DNA from: a virus
DNA: 64,000 nt
Reading direction: 5' to 3' (one strand)
Virus record (IMG/VR): IMGVR_UViG_3300045988_179183
Below, piece after piece: positions 34,710 to 45,100 of the stretch. The notes under the pieces are model-generated. The model was not told where the DNA came from. It searched no databases and saw nothing but the letters and a program-made list of their open reading frames with translations. Position 1 is the first letter of the stretch; each line of letters begins with the position of its first letter. A program made the position numbers and the translations under genes.

Positions 34710-35519
34710 TTAAATGGTCCAATACTTACGTAACGTATCCTGATCACTAACCGTGATCACTCCGTTATTATTAACAACTTTTGCTAAAAGGAATTCGATA
34801 TCCTGAACATACGCTGGAGGGCCGCCATTAACCGATTCAGTCAATAACTTCGACGCGTTATATCTATCATATGAATACAATCCCTCTTTCTGTTCGTCTG
34901 AGAAATTAGTACCGATGGGTAATGTACCGAGAACAACCATTTTTAGATTCTGCTCGGCAACCAAACTATTATATGAATTAATAATCGCGGAAGTTCCGTT
35001 CACGACATCAACAACTTCGTATATGCCGTTATTCAAAGGATCTGACCCGTCTTCTTTCTCAAACTTAATACTGATCGGTGCCTGACTTCCCTGCCCTCTT
35101 AGAACGTTTAAGAAATCAGTGTTTAGCCCGTTCAAATTTCCATTCACATCGACCGATACGTACCCATCCTCCCAGTGAACGATATCATACGCTAGAAAGA
35201 CATAATAAGGTATCCCGTTGTTGGGAACTTCTAGATATCGTATTTCAGGTACTGTGATTAACTGTTTGTTCTTCGTAACGATATACCCCGGGGTTATTTT
35301 AATCGTGCCGGGATTCGAATCAGCTGTCACTCTTAGCTCTGTCGAACTCGATCCCCCCGCTGATGATACTATCCCCCATGATTTCGTTATCCCCATCAAC
35401 AGGGTCTTGCAGAAACCCAGTTCGGAGAGAAACTCCTGACTTTTTTGTAGCTCCTCCTTTGAAAGAAACGTTCTTCTGTTATAATTTAATTTACTCATAT
35501 ATCCTTTTGTTTTAATCAA
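34710..35519 (-). CDS. hypothetical structural protein (tail-fibre module)
   Basis: 269-aa ORF overlapping the LRR-protein stop by 8 nt. Confidence 0.6.
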   Translation of the reverse strand: MIKTKGYMSKLNYNRRTFLSKEELQKSQEFLSELGFCKTLLMGITKSWGIVSSAGGSSSTELRVTADSNPGTIKITPGYIVTKNKQLITVPEIRYLEVPNNGIPYYVFLAYDIVHWEDGYVSVDVNGNLNGLNTDFLNVLRGQGSQAPISIKFEKEDGSDPLNNGIYEVVDVVNGTSAIINSYNSLVAEQNLKMVVLGTLPIGTNFSDEQKEGLYSYDRYNASKLLTESVNGGPPAYVQDIEFLLAKVVNNNGVITVSDQDTLRKYWTI

Positions 35520-38500
35520 CTAAAATCAAATTCCAACCTTTTGCTAGCACCAAATCACGAGAAGGCCCACCCTCTTTTAAATAAAGATCACTGTTTGAAT
35601 AATAATACTTACCATCAGTTGTTGAATTTAAGTAACGTAAAAATCCGTTGTAATTACTCAAAAGTTCGGATGCGACACGAGCGTTCTCGGCATGAATTTC
35701 TTTATATGAAGGTGTCTCCGATGAGACTACCATGGTGTCGGCTGAACATCCTGCAAAATTCAGGTATGTTATCCTCGTTGAAGTGAAAACTTCTATCCGC
35801 TCCAACTGTTTACAATTCTCAACAGACATCCATCTTAAATTAGCACAGTATTTTACTGTACCACCGACAGATTTTTGAACCTCCGTTCGAACCGCAGTTG
35901 AACCGCTAATATCAATCACTTCAAGCCCCTCCATATGATAAAGAGGAACCCAACCTTCATACGCGTCTTGTGGTGAGAATTGCGTTAAATTTCTCAAATA
36001 CAACTCTTTCAGTTTACTTGATTGCAATAACGCGTAATAAACTTGCGCACCCGGAAGATTCACAGAATCGGATAAATCAAGATACTCCAACGAAGTGGGA
36101 ACTGCGATAAGCAGGGTTTTCAATGAGTTATTCTTACTCAGATCTAATTTGACAAGATTCCGTGTTACAATCCCGAACGCGGGTATTGATGTGTTCGATG
36201 ATAGCCAAGTTTGAACGTTCATTATCGAATTCCACCAACCGAGTCCATCAATGGTCATATCGGGGTTATTATTTAGGTTGACATTCAATAAATTCGAATT
36301 ATTCGTCAAATCTATAAGTTTCAACTGATTATTGCTCGCATTGAAATCCTCTAGCTTATTACCCGCTGCCAACGCTTTTCCAAATGTTATCGAAGGTTGA
36401 CCTGATGATTGATTTTTTCCCAGTTGATTATACGAGCAATTGAATTTTCTCACATAATCGATTGTAGATAAATCCAACGTTGTTAATTCGTTGTATGAAC
36501 AATTAACAAGTTCAAGTTTAGGAAAACGGAGCGCACCGACATTTTTATAGTAATTGATCAACCGCTGAACATCACTATCGGAAAAGTATCTATCAGTTAT
36601 GATAACATCCTGCGCTCTTCCTTTAAACAACTTCCACCCTGATTGATATCCCCGGCCGAATGATATATGCTCGGTTCCGGTAAATCCAAGTAATCCATCA
36701 TACGATAACGTGTCGCCTCCGGGTGTTGTTGATGCCGTGTATTTAACACCGTCAACATATATCTCGGTTAACCATGGGCCACCATTCCACTTAAATCTGA
36801 ACATGACATGTTGCCATCGATTAGGAGTTAGCTGGATCGCTTGACAGGTTTGACGCCCCGATCTCGTATAAAGGTCGACCGTTAATTTATTTTGGAACGT
36901 ATTTTGCCCCCATCCAATCGCCCATCCAAATTGTCCTGTATTTAACCCGAAAAACACACCACCACATAGCCCCTGATAAGAAGTGACATCCGTTGGATAA
37001 ATCATAAAACTACCTGAAACTTCTGACGTTACATTCGAACTCATTGTTAAAGGTAACTCAGCGTAAGTGCTTCCCATTTGGAGAGCGGATCTACCTTCTT
37101 CGTAACCTTCGACATAGCGCGGTTGCCCGACAATTGATGAAAATTCGAGTAAACTCTTATTCATTTTATTCATGTTTCCGTTAAGCAGATACGCTATGTC
37201 GATCGGGGTGGTCATTGAATTAACCACATCCTCGACATTCTCCGCCGTTGAACCACCCTCCGGCGTGAATGTTAGATTGGTGAGATTGTTATTATCGCAA
37301 TTCAATGTCGTTAAATTCACCGTGTTCGTTAGATTCAATGTAGTCAGTAGGTTTTCACTGATATTTAATACCTGCAATGACTCACCTATTGCGTTTGGAT
37401 CAAACGAGGTCAATAAGTTCTGATTCAGGTTCAAATTCACGATATTTTTACATCCCGTATAATTAAATGTGTGAATTTGATTGTTATATAGATAAACGAA
37501 TTTCAACGCGTTATCCGTCGATATATTAACCGTCTCCAAGGCATTATTATACCCGTTTAAGGTTTCAAGTACAGGGTTGTTCGAAACATCCAGTGTTTCC
37601 ATCAACGCATTATTCGTCGCGGTTGCCGTTTTTAAAACAGGGCAATCATGTAACTCGACAAATTTAAGCTGAGGTTTATTACTGATGGTAAACTGGGTGA
37701 AGTTATTATAACTAGCATCGACATTGACAAGATTATTACTTGTCACAATACTTGCAGCCGAACTATCCGTCAGTAAATTGTGTGAACAGTTCAATCCCCG
37801 TACGCCGGGGTGGGAACTGAGGTTAAGTGATGTTAATTGATTATTATCAACATCAATATTCTTCAACTCAGTGTTATTCGTTAATGTTATCGATGTCAAT
37901 TGATTGTTGGATAAACTCAAATTCGCAAGTTTCGTACAATACGGGGCTGAGAACGTTGTTAATCTATTGTTATCCATCGATAGAGTTGCGAGGTTGCTGT
38001 TTGTACTCAAATCGATCATGGTTGAAATCGATGTATTATCAGTTCTTAAACTCTGTAATTTACCGTCATTCAGAACATTCACGCTCGTCAAAATCGAGTT
38101 ATCACCACAATCAGCTGTCAATAAACTACCGCACCCGGATATATCAACTGAGGGTAATTTCGAGTTATTCGTCACATTTGCCACCGTCATCGCCGGACAC
38201 TTACTCGCTGTCAACGTCGTTAGAAGATCCATCCCCGTGACTGTTAACGAGGTCATCACGGGCATATCGGCTATTAATAGAGTGGTAAGTTTCGGGTAAC
38301 CCGCCCCCGTGAAATTACCCGTGGAGAGGTTATTCTTTCCTATATTCAAATCGACTAAGATGTTCGATGATGGGATTGTGAACGTGGTTAATTTATTATT
38401 ATATACCGTGATCAATTTCAGACTCGTTGCGTTACCCAAGTTCAAAGATGTCATTTGATTATTATCGGCATTCATGTTGATAAGCGCAACATTCGCGGCA

Positions 38501-40767
38501 ACGTTAAGAGAAGTCAACTTGTTATCGTTCAAAAGTAAGTTTTTTAACGATACGAGGTTACTCAAATCAAGCGACGAAAAGTTATTTCTCCCCAAATCCA
38601 AGTAATTCACATTCGGATTCGCGGTTAGGGATAGATTGGATAATTTATTATTCTTCAATGAAATCGATGTTACCTTTGTTAACGATGATATATCTATCTG
38701 GGTTAACAAATTATTATCCATGTTAAGAACATCGATATTCGGCATATTAGTAAAACTGACAGATATAATTTCATTATCGGGTACGTTCAATGTCGTTATA
38801 TCCCCGTCATTGATCACGATAACGTGTTGGGCCTGATTATCAGTATATCGGTGTGTTAGAATATCGGTTGTCGTCACACCATCCCCCCAATCAACAACCA
38901 ACTTCCCATCATACTGAGTTCCCTCGAAAGAAAACGCACGTTTTGACGTGACAAAATTCATCAACGATTTTTTGAACACGACGTTTGCGACTATGTTTTT
39001 GCTCATCGAAACCAGATATTGATTCGAAACTGGCTTCATCTCCCCGTCTATCTCGACCGAATCTATCTGATACCCAACACTAGGTGTGATTCTGATAGTC
39101 GCGATATCCCCGGCTCTGTACGTCCCGGCACCCACAACAACACCTCCGGCTGTTGGAACCCAGTTAACTGTAAGAACGAAGAACATAATATCAACACCCG
39201 TTAAATAAGTTGGTAGCAGAACATTGTTCTTGTAACTTAAAAGGTATTGCTCCGTGAAGTTCTTAATATATGATTCCTCCCTCCCGGAATTATTATAAAA
39301 GTATGTTGCAATCGGTAGTATCGAACTCAAGTATCCCCGCTCGATCGATAATTGTAGCGGTTTTACCTTGATATCTCGTATTAGAAGTGCCTTATCGCCG
39401 CTCTGATATGTTTGTGTTATAACGGGCGTGAAATATCGCATATCCTTGTGGGATAACAAGGGTGTCCCGTTTAGGAAGTTAAGTCTCACATTCGGGTTCG
39501 GATATTCATCCGCTCTTAATATAACCGCACGGAACCAATATTCAACACCGATCTGATTTATCACCCGTGGTGTATCCTTGTCGTAAAATGAATTCTGAGG
39601 CTGCCCGGTCTGAGCGTTGGAAAAATCCAAGGGTGAGAGATTTTTATCGTAACCCTTCACACCGAAATTCAAATGATCGGGTGCGGTTACCTCACCGGAA
39701 ATGGCGATGACCCTGAAATAAATCTCATAGGGTATGGAAGGCGAGATCTTCAACAATTTTTCTTTATCAACAGGTGCTTCAATACCGTTCGTCCCCGCGG
39801 ATGTTGCCAACCTCAACCATTCATAGAGTCCGTGTTGAAAAACATCAACTGAACCAACGACAGGATACTTCGATATATCCTTAATCGATTCGGTGTACTC
39901 ATATGCCTTCATCGCGTTAACGATCTGCTCCGTTCCGATCCACATGGGCGAGGAGAAATCACAACACCAGCCCAGATCCTGTCTCACTAAGTTAAAAAAC
40001 ATGAATTCCTCGTCCGGGTTATAATTAATCAGTCTCAAAAATTCCCCGTTCACCGTCCCGTCCATGTCTATGATGTTACGCGTTCCCCTTTTTCGAAATT
40101 CATCTATGTAATGCGAGAAGAGATAATTTCTCTGTAATTGAGTTTCCTCCCCGGAAAGGGCCAACCCCCTTCCCTCCAGAAATAAATTGAATAGAATGTT
40201 ATTTCCCGGTATATCCTCAAACTGTCGTGCCATGTAAACGATCAGAGCGAAAAAATGCGTTATCGATAGCCAATAATCGATGAAATCCTTACTATTCTCC
40301 GTGTAATCTCTTTGTACATATTTAGGAAGTATTCCTAATTCATATAATTTTTCGAGCACGTTAAAAGCCCAGCCCAGAACATTGATATCATTAACATCGA
40401 AAAATTGCTTGAAATCCGTTTTCGAATATATCGTATCATCGCCTTGACGAACCTCGCCTTCAAGCTGAACCCAGTTAAAATAGAGCTCTCCATTCTGTCC
40501 TTCGTGTTCATACGTGTATTCGAATAAAAACGATTCCTTTTCCTTGATTGGAACGTTTTGTAGGTTCGCGGCTGTCAAATTTTGCCAATCACTCCAATTT
40601 GTTCCTATATCTTTTGAATAGCGGAATTTCTTCTGATAATACATATCGGCTGTTTCACCGGATGTGTTATCTATGAAACCGTACAACAAAACTAAACCCA
40701 AAACGGGTACATCAGTACTGATATGGAGCACATCGCCATTCTCCGTTGTTTTATTCTCAATGATCAT
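35512..40767 (-). CDS. Giant tail-associated adhesin with leucine-rich repeats and a LamG/ConA-like lectin domain
   Basis: 1751 aa.
- Two LRR blocks of ~22-24-aa LxxLxLxxNxLtxLdl repeats (nt ~37290-38810 and ~35800-36540), e.g. NNKLSNLSLTANPNVNYLDLGRNNFSSLDLSNLVSLKNLLLNDNKLTSLNV.
- A LamG-like domain (~36545-37140): FFGLNTGQFGWAIGWG...WQHVMFRF...IYVDGVKY...FKGRAQDVIITDRYFSDSDVQRL.
- A Listeria-Bacteroides-repeat-like segment: GAGTYRAGDIATIRITPSVGYQIDSVEIDG. Confidence 0.75.
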   Translation of the reverse strand: MIIENKTTENGDVLHISTDVPVLGLVLLYGFIDNTSGETADMYYQKKFRYSKDIGTNWSDWQNLTAANLQNVPIKEKESFLFEYTYEHEGQNGELYFNWVQLEGEVRQGDDTIYSKTDFKQFFDVNDINVLGWAFNVLEKLYELGILPKYVQRDYTENSKDFIDYWLSITHFFALIVYMARQFEDIPGNNILFNLFLEGRGLALSGEETQLQRNYLFSHYIDEFRKRGTRNIIDMDGTVNGEFLRLINYNPDEEFMFFNLVRQDLGWCCDFSSPMWIGTEQIVNAMKAYEYTESIKDISKYPVVGSVDVFQHGLYEWLRLATSAGTNGIEAPVDKEKLLKISPSIPYEIYFRVIAISGEVTAPDHLNFGVKGYDKNLSPLDFSNAQTGQPQNSFYDKDTPRVINQIGVEYWFRAVILRADEYPNPNVRLNFLNGTPLLSHKDMRYFTPVITQTYQSGDKALLIRDIKVKPLQLSIERGYLSSILPIATYFYNNSGREESYIKNFTEQYLLSYKNNVLLPTYLTGVDIMFFVLTVNWVPTAGGVVVGAGTYRAGDIATIRITPSVGYQIDSVEIDGEMKPVSNQYLVSMSKNIVANVVFKKSLMNFVTSKRAFSFEGTQYDGKLVVDWGDGVTTTDILTHRYTDNQAQHVIVINDGDITTLNVPDNEIISVSFTNMPNIDVLNMDNNLLTQIDISSLTKVTSISLKNNKLSNLSLTANPNVNYLDLGRNNFSSLDLSNLVSLKNLLLNDNKLTSLNVAANVALINMNADNNQMTSLNLGNATSLKLITVYNNKLTTFTIPSSNILVDLNIGKNNLSTGNFTGAGYPKLTTLLIADMPVMTSLTVTGMDLLTTLTASKCPAMTVANVTNNSKLPSVDISGCGSLLTADCGDNSILTSVNVLNDGKLQSLRTDNTSISTMIDLSTNSNLATLSMDNNRLTTFSAPYCTKLANLSLSNNQLTSITLTNNTELKNIDVDNNQLTSLNLSSHPGVRGLNCSHNLLTDSSAASIVTSNNLVNVDASYNNFTQFTISNKPQLKFVELHDCPVLKTATATNNALMETLDVSNNPVLETLNGYNNALETVNISTDNALKFVYLYNNQIHTFNYTGCKNIVNLNLNQNLLTSFDPNAIGESLQVLNISENLLTTLNLTNTVNLTTLNCDNNNLTNLTFTPEGGSTAENVEDVVNSMTTPIDIAYLLNGNMNKMNKSLLEFSSIVGQPRYVEGYEEGRSALQMGSTYAELPLTMSSNVTSEVSGSFMIYPTDVTSYQGLCGGVFFGLNTGQFGWAIGWGQNTFQNKLTVDLYTRSGRQTCQAIQLTPNRWQHVMFRFKWNGGPWLTEIYVDGVKYTASTTPGGDTLSYDGLLGFTGTEHISFGRGYQSGWKLFKGRAQDVIITDRYFSDSDVQRLINYYKNVGALRFPKLELVNCSYNELTTLDLSTIDYVRKFNCSYNQLGKNQSSGQPSITFGKALAAGNKLEDFNASNNQLKLIDLTNNSNLLNVNLNNNPDMTIDGLGWWNSIMNVQTWLSSNTSIPAFGIVTRNLVKLDLSKNNSLKTLLIAVPTSLEYLDLSDSVNLPGAQVYYALLQSSKLKELYLRNLTQFSPQDAYEGWVPLYHMEGLEVIDISGSTAVRTEVQKSVGGTVKYCANLRWMSVENCKQLERIEVFTSTRITYLNFAGCSADTMVVSSETPSYKEIHAENARVASELLSNYNGFLRYLNSTTDGKYYYSNSDLYLKEGGPSRDLVLAKGWNLILVD

Positions 40768-40787
40768 AAATACTTTCGTTTATTCCG

Positions 40788-40818
40788 TAAAGATAAAAAA
40801 AATAATCCTTTAAACAAA
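40788..40818 (-). promoter_or_regulatory. Bacteroidota-type promoter (late/structural class) for the LRR adhesin gene
   Basis: Minus strand reads TTTG-N19-TATCTTTA (plus taaagata 40788-40795, caaa 40815-40818). The -33 TTTG lies in the loop of the preceding terminator hairpin. Confidence 0.5.
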
Positions 40819-40826
40819 GGATTATT
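40801..40826 (-). terminator. Rho-independent terminator after the LamG-domain gene
   Basis: 11-bp stem aataatccttt/aaaggattatt with a 4-nt loop, followed on the minus strand by TTTTTT(TT). Confidence 0.7.
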
Positions 40827-40859
40827 CATCTTGTGTATCTATCTCGTTAATAAACAGGA

Positions 40860-42104
40860 TCAGGTTGTTTTCGTCACGATAAACTTTTGAGTGACTCCCT
40901 GAAATGTAAATTCAAAAACTATATCACCTAACGGGAAAACATTATTAACCGGTAAATACGCTCCACTGCCGTCAAGATTATTCTTGATCTCTTTCATCGA
41001 CCCGGTTATATTATACGGGATTGTAATTCCACTGACGGTCACGGTCGCCTTGAGTGAGTACCCACCCAGCGACCCCTCAACGCCAACATCAGGAGACATC
41101 GACCGGTTAAAATACAAACCATTTATTGCACTCGTTATGATTTTATTCGTTTCCGACGCTGCGGTCATATTAGGCTTGATATTATCTTCCGTGGTACCCG
41201 TTCCACCCGTACAAACGAAAGGCTTCGTTGCTCCCCATGAATCGATAGAAGGTGATTTCGATGTACTCGGCAACATATTACCCTTATACACCCGGTATAA
41301 AAGATTCAGTTCCACGGGTGTGAGTGCCCGTGAAAAGTAGGCATATTCTTGAAGATACCCTTGCCACCAATCTAAGGGAGGTACCGTCGTGCGGAACGCC
41401 CGACCCAACCAGATATTACCATCCCAGGTGTAATCTCGGCCATCATATTGAACCGGGCCCCCTAGAGGATATTGATCGGGTGTCATCAACCCGTATTTCT
41501 CCCCGTTCAAGTAAAATTCAATGGTGTTAGATGATACATCGAGAATCATTATCAGGTGATTCCACCCGTTCACGATCCAATTATCAACATCCGCCTTACA
41601 TACCTGATTTGATGAACCGTTATAAATTTGGAACCTCATCGGCGTGGATGACGGGGTTCCGTTCGCGACATCTAGACCGAGAGCGTATCCCAGACCGGAG
41701 GTTCCCGGACCGTTTAAAACACCACCCATGATCCCGTCATACGTGGTGTTTGACGTACCCATACTGAACGCACAGATGGATATGGTAAACGCGTTCGTAC
41801 CTTTCACTACCGTGGGCAATCGAATGGCCGCACCCCCGTCGATTAAATCAAGGCAAGTCGCCCCGTTAAAGCCGGCTGTGTAATATTCTATATTCCCTAT
41901 CGTTGCACCGGGATCATTACCGTTCCCGGAATAGTCGGTTATATCCCCTCCCAGGGGTAAATAGATAGAAGGTTTCAGGTTAAGTATCGTGTTAATACCG
42001 GCAACCGGCCATAACTTCACACCCTCGAACCACGCTTCTTTCAAGTTCTTACCTTCAAAGGCCCCCGCCTTCAGATCACCCAGTGTTCCCAGTGTTATTC
42101 CCAT
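40860..42104 (-). CDS. LamG/concanavalin-A-like lectin domain tail protein
   Basis: 414 aa. GNGNDPGATIGNIEYYTAGFNGATCLDL...NAFTISICAF...WNHLIMILDVSSNTIEFYLNGEKYG...WQGYLQEYAYFSRALTPVELNLLY fits the Laminin_G_3 pattern. Confidence 0.65.
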   Translation of the reverse strand: MGITLGTLGDLKAGAFEGKNLKEAWFEGVKLWPVAGINTILNLKPSIYLPLGGDITDYSGNGNDPGATIGNIEYYTAGFNGATCLDLIDGGAAIRLPTVVKGTNAFTISICAFSMGTSNTTYDGIMGGVLNGPGTSGLGYALGLDVANGTPSSTPMRFQIYNGSSNQVCKADVDNWIVNGWNHLIMILDVSSNTIEFYLNGEKYGLMTPDQYPLGGPVQYDGRDYTWDGNIWLGRAFRTTVPPLDWWQGYLQEYAYFSRALTPVELNLLYRVYKGNMLPSTSKSPSIDSWGATKPFVCTGGTGTTEDNIKPNMTAASETNKIITSAINGLYFNRSMSPDVGVEGSLGGYSLKATVTVSGITIPYNITGSMKEIKNNLDGSGAYLPVNNVFPLGDIVFEFTFQGVTQKFIVTKTT

Positions 42105-42108
42105 AATC

Positions 42109-45100
42109 TTATCCGAAAACTAAATATAAAACCCCACTTGCCTGTGTAGCCGGTAACGCGTCAACCGGCTGAATATCTGTGACCTTCTTGGTTGAAGTCG
42201 ATTTCACGAAATTCTGGGAATTAACCCACGCCTGAGTCGCGTAACCATTTAATGCAGAACTAGTAATAAATCCACTATCATTAGTCAAATGACTGGTATT
42301 TGTTGGTATATTAACTGTTGCTGCAGCACCATTAGGATCAAATGTTTTAGCAGAGAAAGTTCCAGCTTGGAATGTTAGATTATATATAGTTTGATGTGAT
42401 GTTAGATAACCCTTATTATTTACCCATGTTTGGGTGGCCACTAAATCTCCATTCATGTATAAACTACCCCAATATCCATTAGCATAAGAAGTACTAGAAC
42501 CAGCTCTCCATACCCAAGTAGAAGGAGCATAAGTACAACCAGAAGGAATTCTATAATTAACTATCACTTCATTGGAAGCAGAAGTGGCAATAGTATTTCC
42601 TAAACAAAATTCATTTCCTCTAGTTCTAATAGTAGTATAACTACCAGTAGTATTGTATAATGATAGGGAAGCAAATTGACCATTAGCCCAACTCTGTGTT
42701 GCATATCCATCTAAAGAACTAGATGTTAAATATGTAGCTCCTTTAGTAACAGTTAATGTATGGCCATTAGCTGTTATTGCAGTTACAGCATTACCAGAAC
42801 CACTATTAGATATAGAGATACTTGGTATAGATGGTATTTGATCTGTAGTAGCTATTGTTTTTCCAAATAAAAATCCTTTAGCTGTGCTTAAGTCTAATTG
42901 AAATGTTGAAGTATTAGACAAAGTAATCCTAAAAGTATTACCAGTATTTAATAATTCCATACTAAGTAGTCTTTCAGCTGCAGTGGTAGTATCTATAGCT
43001 GCACCAGATCTTCTAGCTACTAATAAAGGAGTTTGACCCCCATCCCCTGGAACTTGAACACTTAATGCTCCAGCTCCTCCATTCCAATTATTTCCTGTTC
43101 CTCCAACTACATCAATTACAGCATTATTTTTTCTGCTGTTCATGGTCAGAGCACCTGTTAATGTTCCTCCAGACAAAGGTAAATATCCTGAAACAGTAGG
43201 AATATCTGTAATTAAAGCTAATCTAGTACTGCCAGAAGTTGTTCCAACTCTAGCATATCCATCATTATCTATAAATAAATATTTGTTAGAATTATAATTA
43301 TATATATAAGCACCTAGACTATCCATGAATCCTATTGCAGCTGAAGCAGTTCCCCTTCTAAGAACTCTCATAAAAGTTTCAGATCCATTAGTGTCATTAT
43401 TATTAATTACAAGAGTTGTGCTTCCAACTGTATTTATAGTTAAATTGCCTGATAATGTTCCTCCAGTTAGAGGAAGATAATTACCTATATCAGATGTAGT
43501 AGCTAATTTAATCCACTTTCCAAATGATGTCCATTTAGTTCTATAATAAAGTTCTGTCCTATTAGCACCTGCCCATAATTGGATTCCTTCATCATCTCCT
43601 TGAACACTAAATAATAATCCACTACTTGTTGGAGTTCCAGCAACACCCTGAGTTTCAGCATAAAATATTTGATTAGTAGGTACACTATTTGGATTATTAT
43701 TATAAGATGCTGATAATATATTAACATCTTTATTTGTTAATAACCTATTCCATTCTCCATATGTTGTCTCATTATAAGCCATATGCCTATAATAAAGACC
43801 ATTTTTACTAGCTTCTGCACCACCTGGAAACCATAATTGATTTGCCCAATGAGCATTTCTTGAATTTACTTGTAATACAGTTCCATAATTAGTGGGACCT
43901 CCTGCACTAGATACATCATAAGCATCTAATACTTGTAAATACCCACTATAATTTCTATTTGGAGTTAAATCATTTGTCCAAATACTACTTCTAAATCCTA
44001 TTCCATTTTCAATATATATAATTCCTCTAGAATAAATTCCATTAGCAGGTACTAAATTTAAAGCATCACTGGTATAACTTGGTCCTACATACAATCCTCC
44101 AGTAGCTACTTTATGAACTCCACCAGCAGAATTTAGAAACTGAAATGCATTAGTGGAGGCGATCATATATGGACCCGTTACACCGAATACCAATTTGTTG
44201 GTATATACCGATGCGATATATCCTGCCAGAAAAGCCCAACTCGATGATCCTAATTGCGATACACCACCCGATGCAAGACTCTTTTCGACATTGGGAAGGA
44301 AACCATTACCATTTGCTCTCAACCATGGATACGTTGTGCCGTCAACTCTGATGATCGCCGGGTAATTGTTCTCATCGAAAGATAACCCAGCAATATTCTC
44401 ATCTGCGGTCACGACTCTCTTCCAGTTGGATGAATCACCGTACCCAAGGTTATTGGCGGTCCTGAACCACATCCTGCCTGTTCCGTTATCCACGTTATGG
44501 ATTATATCGAATGCGAGCTGAGTTTTCAGTGCCGCCTCATTATAGGATGAAGTGTAAGGTCCATCTATCTGTAATACATTGCCATAACCCATACCAGTAG
44601 GTGCATTGACAATCTTCCCTGGGGTGTAATAATTGAATAGGAGTTTCGGTTTATCCACCCCGATCATAGAATTCGCATCGTACCCATCGTTATTAACAGC
44701 GTGGGAAACAAATCCGTAAGTCCATGTGATGTTTTGGGGGAGGAACTCCGTGTAATTCGATGAATCAAGAATCGTGTAATCAGTTGCCCCCTTGGTGTGA
44801 ATCAAATTGACATTACCACTTCTAATTTTAGTGGTACCTGAAGCACGACCTAAATGTGCCAACGTTGAACTCTGAGACCAAACCAACGCATTACCGTTCG
44901 GGTCATCCAATGACCATGTGATTGGAACTACTAATGAAGCGGGTTTGAATTTATATTGTGCTGTACTAGAATTAACATCTCCTATACCTATATAAGCATA
45001 TCCAAGATTAGTATTATTAACTGAATTGTATCCTCCAAATATAGACTTTGAAGTGGCATCACTATTAGCTTGAAATGTAAGATTTCTTGCCCATGCACTT

